In this document: positions 62,501-64,000 of the stretch, one piece after another
Layout: the number at the start of each line of letters is the position of its first letter
Numbering within the stretch: the first letter of the stretch is position 1
Source: Mizuhopecten yessoensis
Taxonomy: Eukaryota
NCBI RefSeq assembly: GCF_002113885.1
Contig: NW_018406415.1
Span: 516,746-580,745 of the forward strand
Direction of reading: 5' to 3'
DNA length: 64,000 nt
The notes under the pieces: model-generated
The model's input: the letters and a program-made list of their open reading frames with translations, nothing else
Told to the model about the DNA's origin: nothing
Database searches by the model: none
Translations under genes and position numbers: made by a program

Positions 62501-62780
62501 CAAACTACGTACGTGTAATTTGAAACTTCCCATTGAAACTGGGAGGTGGCAGAATATTCCAAAAGTAGATAGGATATATGTAACCTTTGCCTTAAAAATA
62601 TTGGAAATGAATTTCGTTATCTTTTTACTTGTAGTAATGTGGAAGTGAAAAATTTACAAAGAAAATACGTTCCAAATTACTATCGTACAAATCCAAATGA
62701 AAATAAAATGAAAGGTCTTTTGTCAATATGTCACGAACAAATTCTGATAGGATTTTCAATTTTCCTAAAACATAAACATT
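59590..62780 (+). pseudogene. LINE ORF2: APE endonuclease plus reverse transcriptase, with several stops and frameshifts
   Basis: LNVCGL, GDFNART, SVVDY, FSDVH (APE); LKNGKAPGMD, NYRAITLIS, NQAGF, DFRKAFD, GVRQGENLSP, LYADD, YLG (RT); C-terminal MVYGEIGR and ETGRW. In-frame TAG at 61027-61029 and further disruptions. Confidence 0.9.
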
Positions 62781-63255
62781 ATACATATACTATTACTTGT
62801 TGCTTCTATAGATCCATAATATTGAAGCACATTTTGGTCTATATCACTGATATGTACAAATCAATATGTAAAGTAGGTGACTATGTGAGTATTTTGGATA
62901 CGGAAATGTATGCATATGTGCGTGTGTGTGTATATGTATCTGGGATGTAGTCATATGTTTGTGAATATATGTGTGTATGCGCGTTATACGTAGGCGTGTT
63001 TGTTGGTATGCATTGTATGTGTATGGATGTGCATATATATGTATATGCAAAGGTCTGGATATATGCGTGGCTATCTACATAATATATATGCATTGCTGTG
63101 TCTAATTACGAAATAGTTCATTTGTACAACATGTTATCATGCATATGTATATATCCTGTCATAATTTAATATATGAATTCATGTACATGTACCTCATGTT
63201 ACACGTTTTCATGTGTCTGATTGTTGGAAATAAAATCTGAAATCTGAAATCTGAA

Positions 63256-63416
63256 ATTACGAGACAGCCCTAGAGTATCTCTCCTTAATTTCAATTACTT
63301 CCTAAAATCACATTTTAATAATTAGTTTGACATATCGACGGTCTACTCCTCGAACCGAACAGCACCTTTAGGTCATTCTCGCCCGGGCTATTCTATGTAT
63401 TAATTGATGATGTCAG
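63256..63416. repeat. Right copy of the 161-bp target-site duplication
   Basis: Begins immediately after the (AAATCTG)n tail and is 158/161 identical to 57633-57793. Confidence 0.92.
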
Positions 63417-64000
63417 CTGAGGCGAAACAACAGATTTACACCATTTGACAACTTAAGCTGGTATACCGTCCACACCTGTGGCTGTTTTGGCATTCATTTT
63501 ATTGAGAATTTTCTCAACTTTGTCAGATGTTATTTTCTGAAAATTAAAGTGGATGTTCTCAATGTGATTTTGTATTTCCACAATGCTTGGGTGATGTTAG
63601 ACACTGTAACTAAAGAAGCTGTATGTTGCCTCGGAGGATGAAACATTACTCTTGTTTTACCACAATTAAGTTCCTAAAATTTTAAAATGTGTTTAATAAA
63701 ATTATTTATTTTACAACTTCCGGTAATTAGTGGATACCATAAAAATTAGACATTCATAATCCCAGTGACGTTAAGCGCGATGTTGGTGACACCGCTTCAA
63801 AACACGCATGGCGCCCGCTAAAAATATCGCTGTATTATTCAGTTTTCAGAACTTGGTGTCATATTATACATAACAGAAAACTTGATTTCAAGTTCATTCG
63901 TCTTATGCTGTTGATGGATAGTATAACAAAACATGAATGAATTCTGTTTCGCCTAAACAACCTCGAAAACGTCACAAAAACTCATGAAACGCGTAACATC

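Larger units (their letters stand above)
57794..63255 (+). mobile_element. Full-length, inactivated non-LTR retrotransposon (APE-RT LINE; RTEX-like or CR1/L2-group)
   Basis: 5' UTR, then ORF1 (about 58023-59532, frameshifted), then ORF2 (about 59590-62780) with APE and RT motifs, a TG/TA-rich 3' UTR, AATAAA plus an (AAATCTG)3 tail, all bounded by 161-bp direct repeats. Assembly gap at 60635-60818. Confidence 0.92.

Noticed and set aside
465-63093. Most short six-frame ORFs in the supplied track
   Set aside because: They are antisense or off-frame shadows of real exons, repeat-derived, or low-complexity chance ORFs.
63396-63432. Hammerhead-ribozyme-like string TTGATGA-T-GTC-agctga-GGC-GAAAC at the insertion target
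   Set aside because: The core C3 is replaced by T, there is an extra base before stem II, and no convincing stems I or III can be drawn.

Overview
This is AT-rich eukaryotic genomic DNA from an invertebrate. The Helentron/HINE-type satellite elements and V-domain SINEs suggest a bivalve mollusc. Five spliced genes can be rebuilt exon by exon with consistent phases: HOATZ (+, 2621-5742), PUF60/half pint (-, 8764-27602), NHP2 (+, 27740-33061, head-to-head with PUF60 across 137 bp), DDRGK1 (-, 40232-47835) and a CDC25 phosphatase (-, 52986-56715). Introns and intergenic DNA hold HINE elements, tRNA-derived SINEs, several MITE families, piggyBac remnants and minisatellites. A full-length but decayed non-LTR retrotransposon (57794-63255) sits 5' of the CDC25 coding exons. 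The most unusual observations are: (1) a 51-bp tandem array in NHP2 intron 3 built from the exon-3/intron junction itself, so each unit carries a donor, a branch-like motif, an AG and a potential 3-nt GAT microexon; (2) a 161-bp target-site duplication around the LINE; (3) several candidate poison or alternative exons in the splicing factor PUF60; (4) two adjacent CAGGT-ended MITEs with 5-bp TSDs. All calls come from reading the sequence; no database searches were run.
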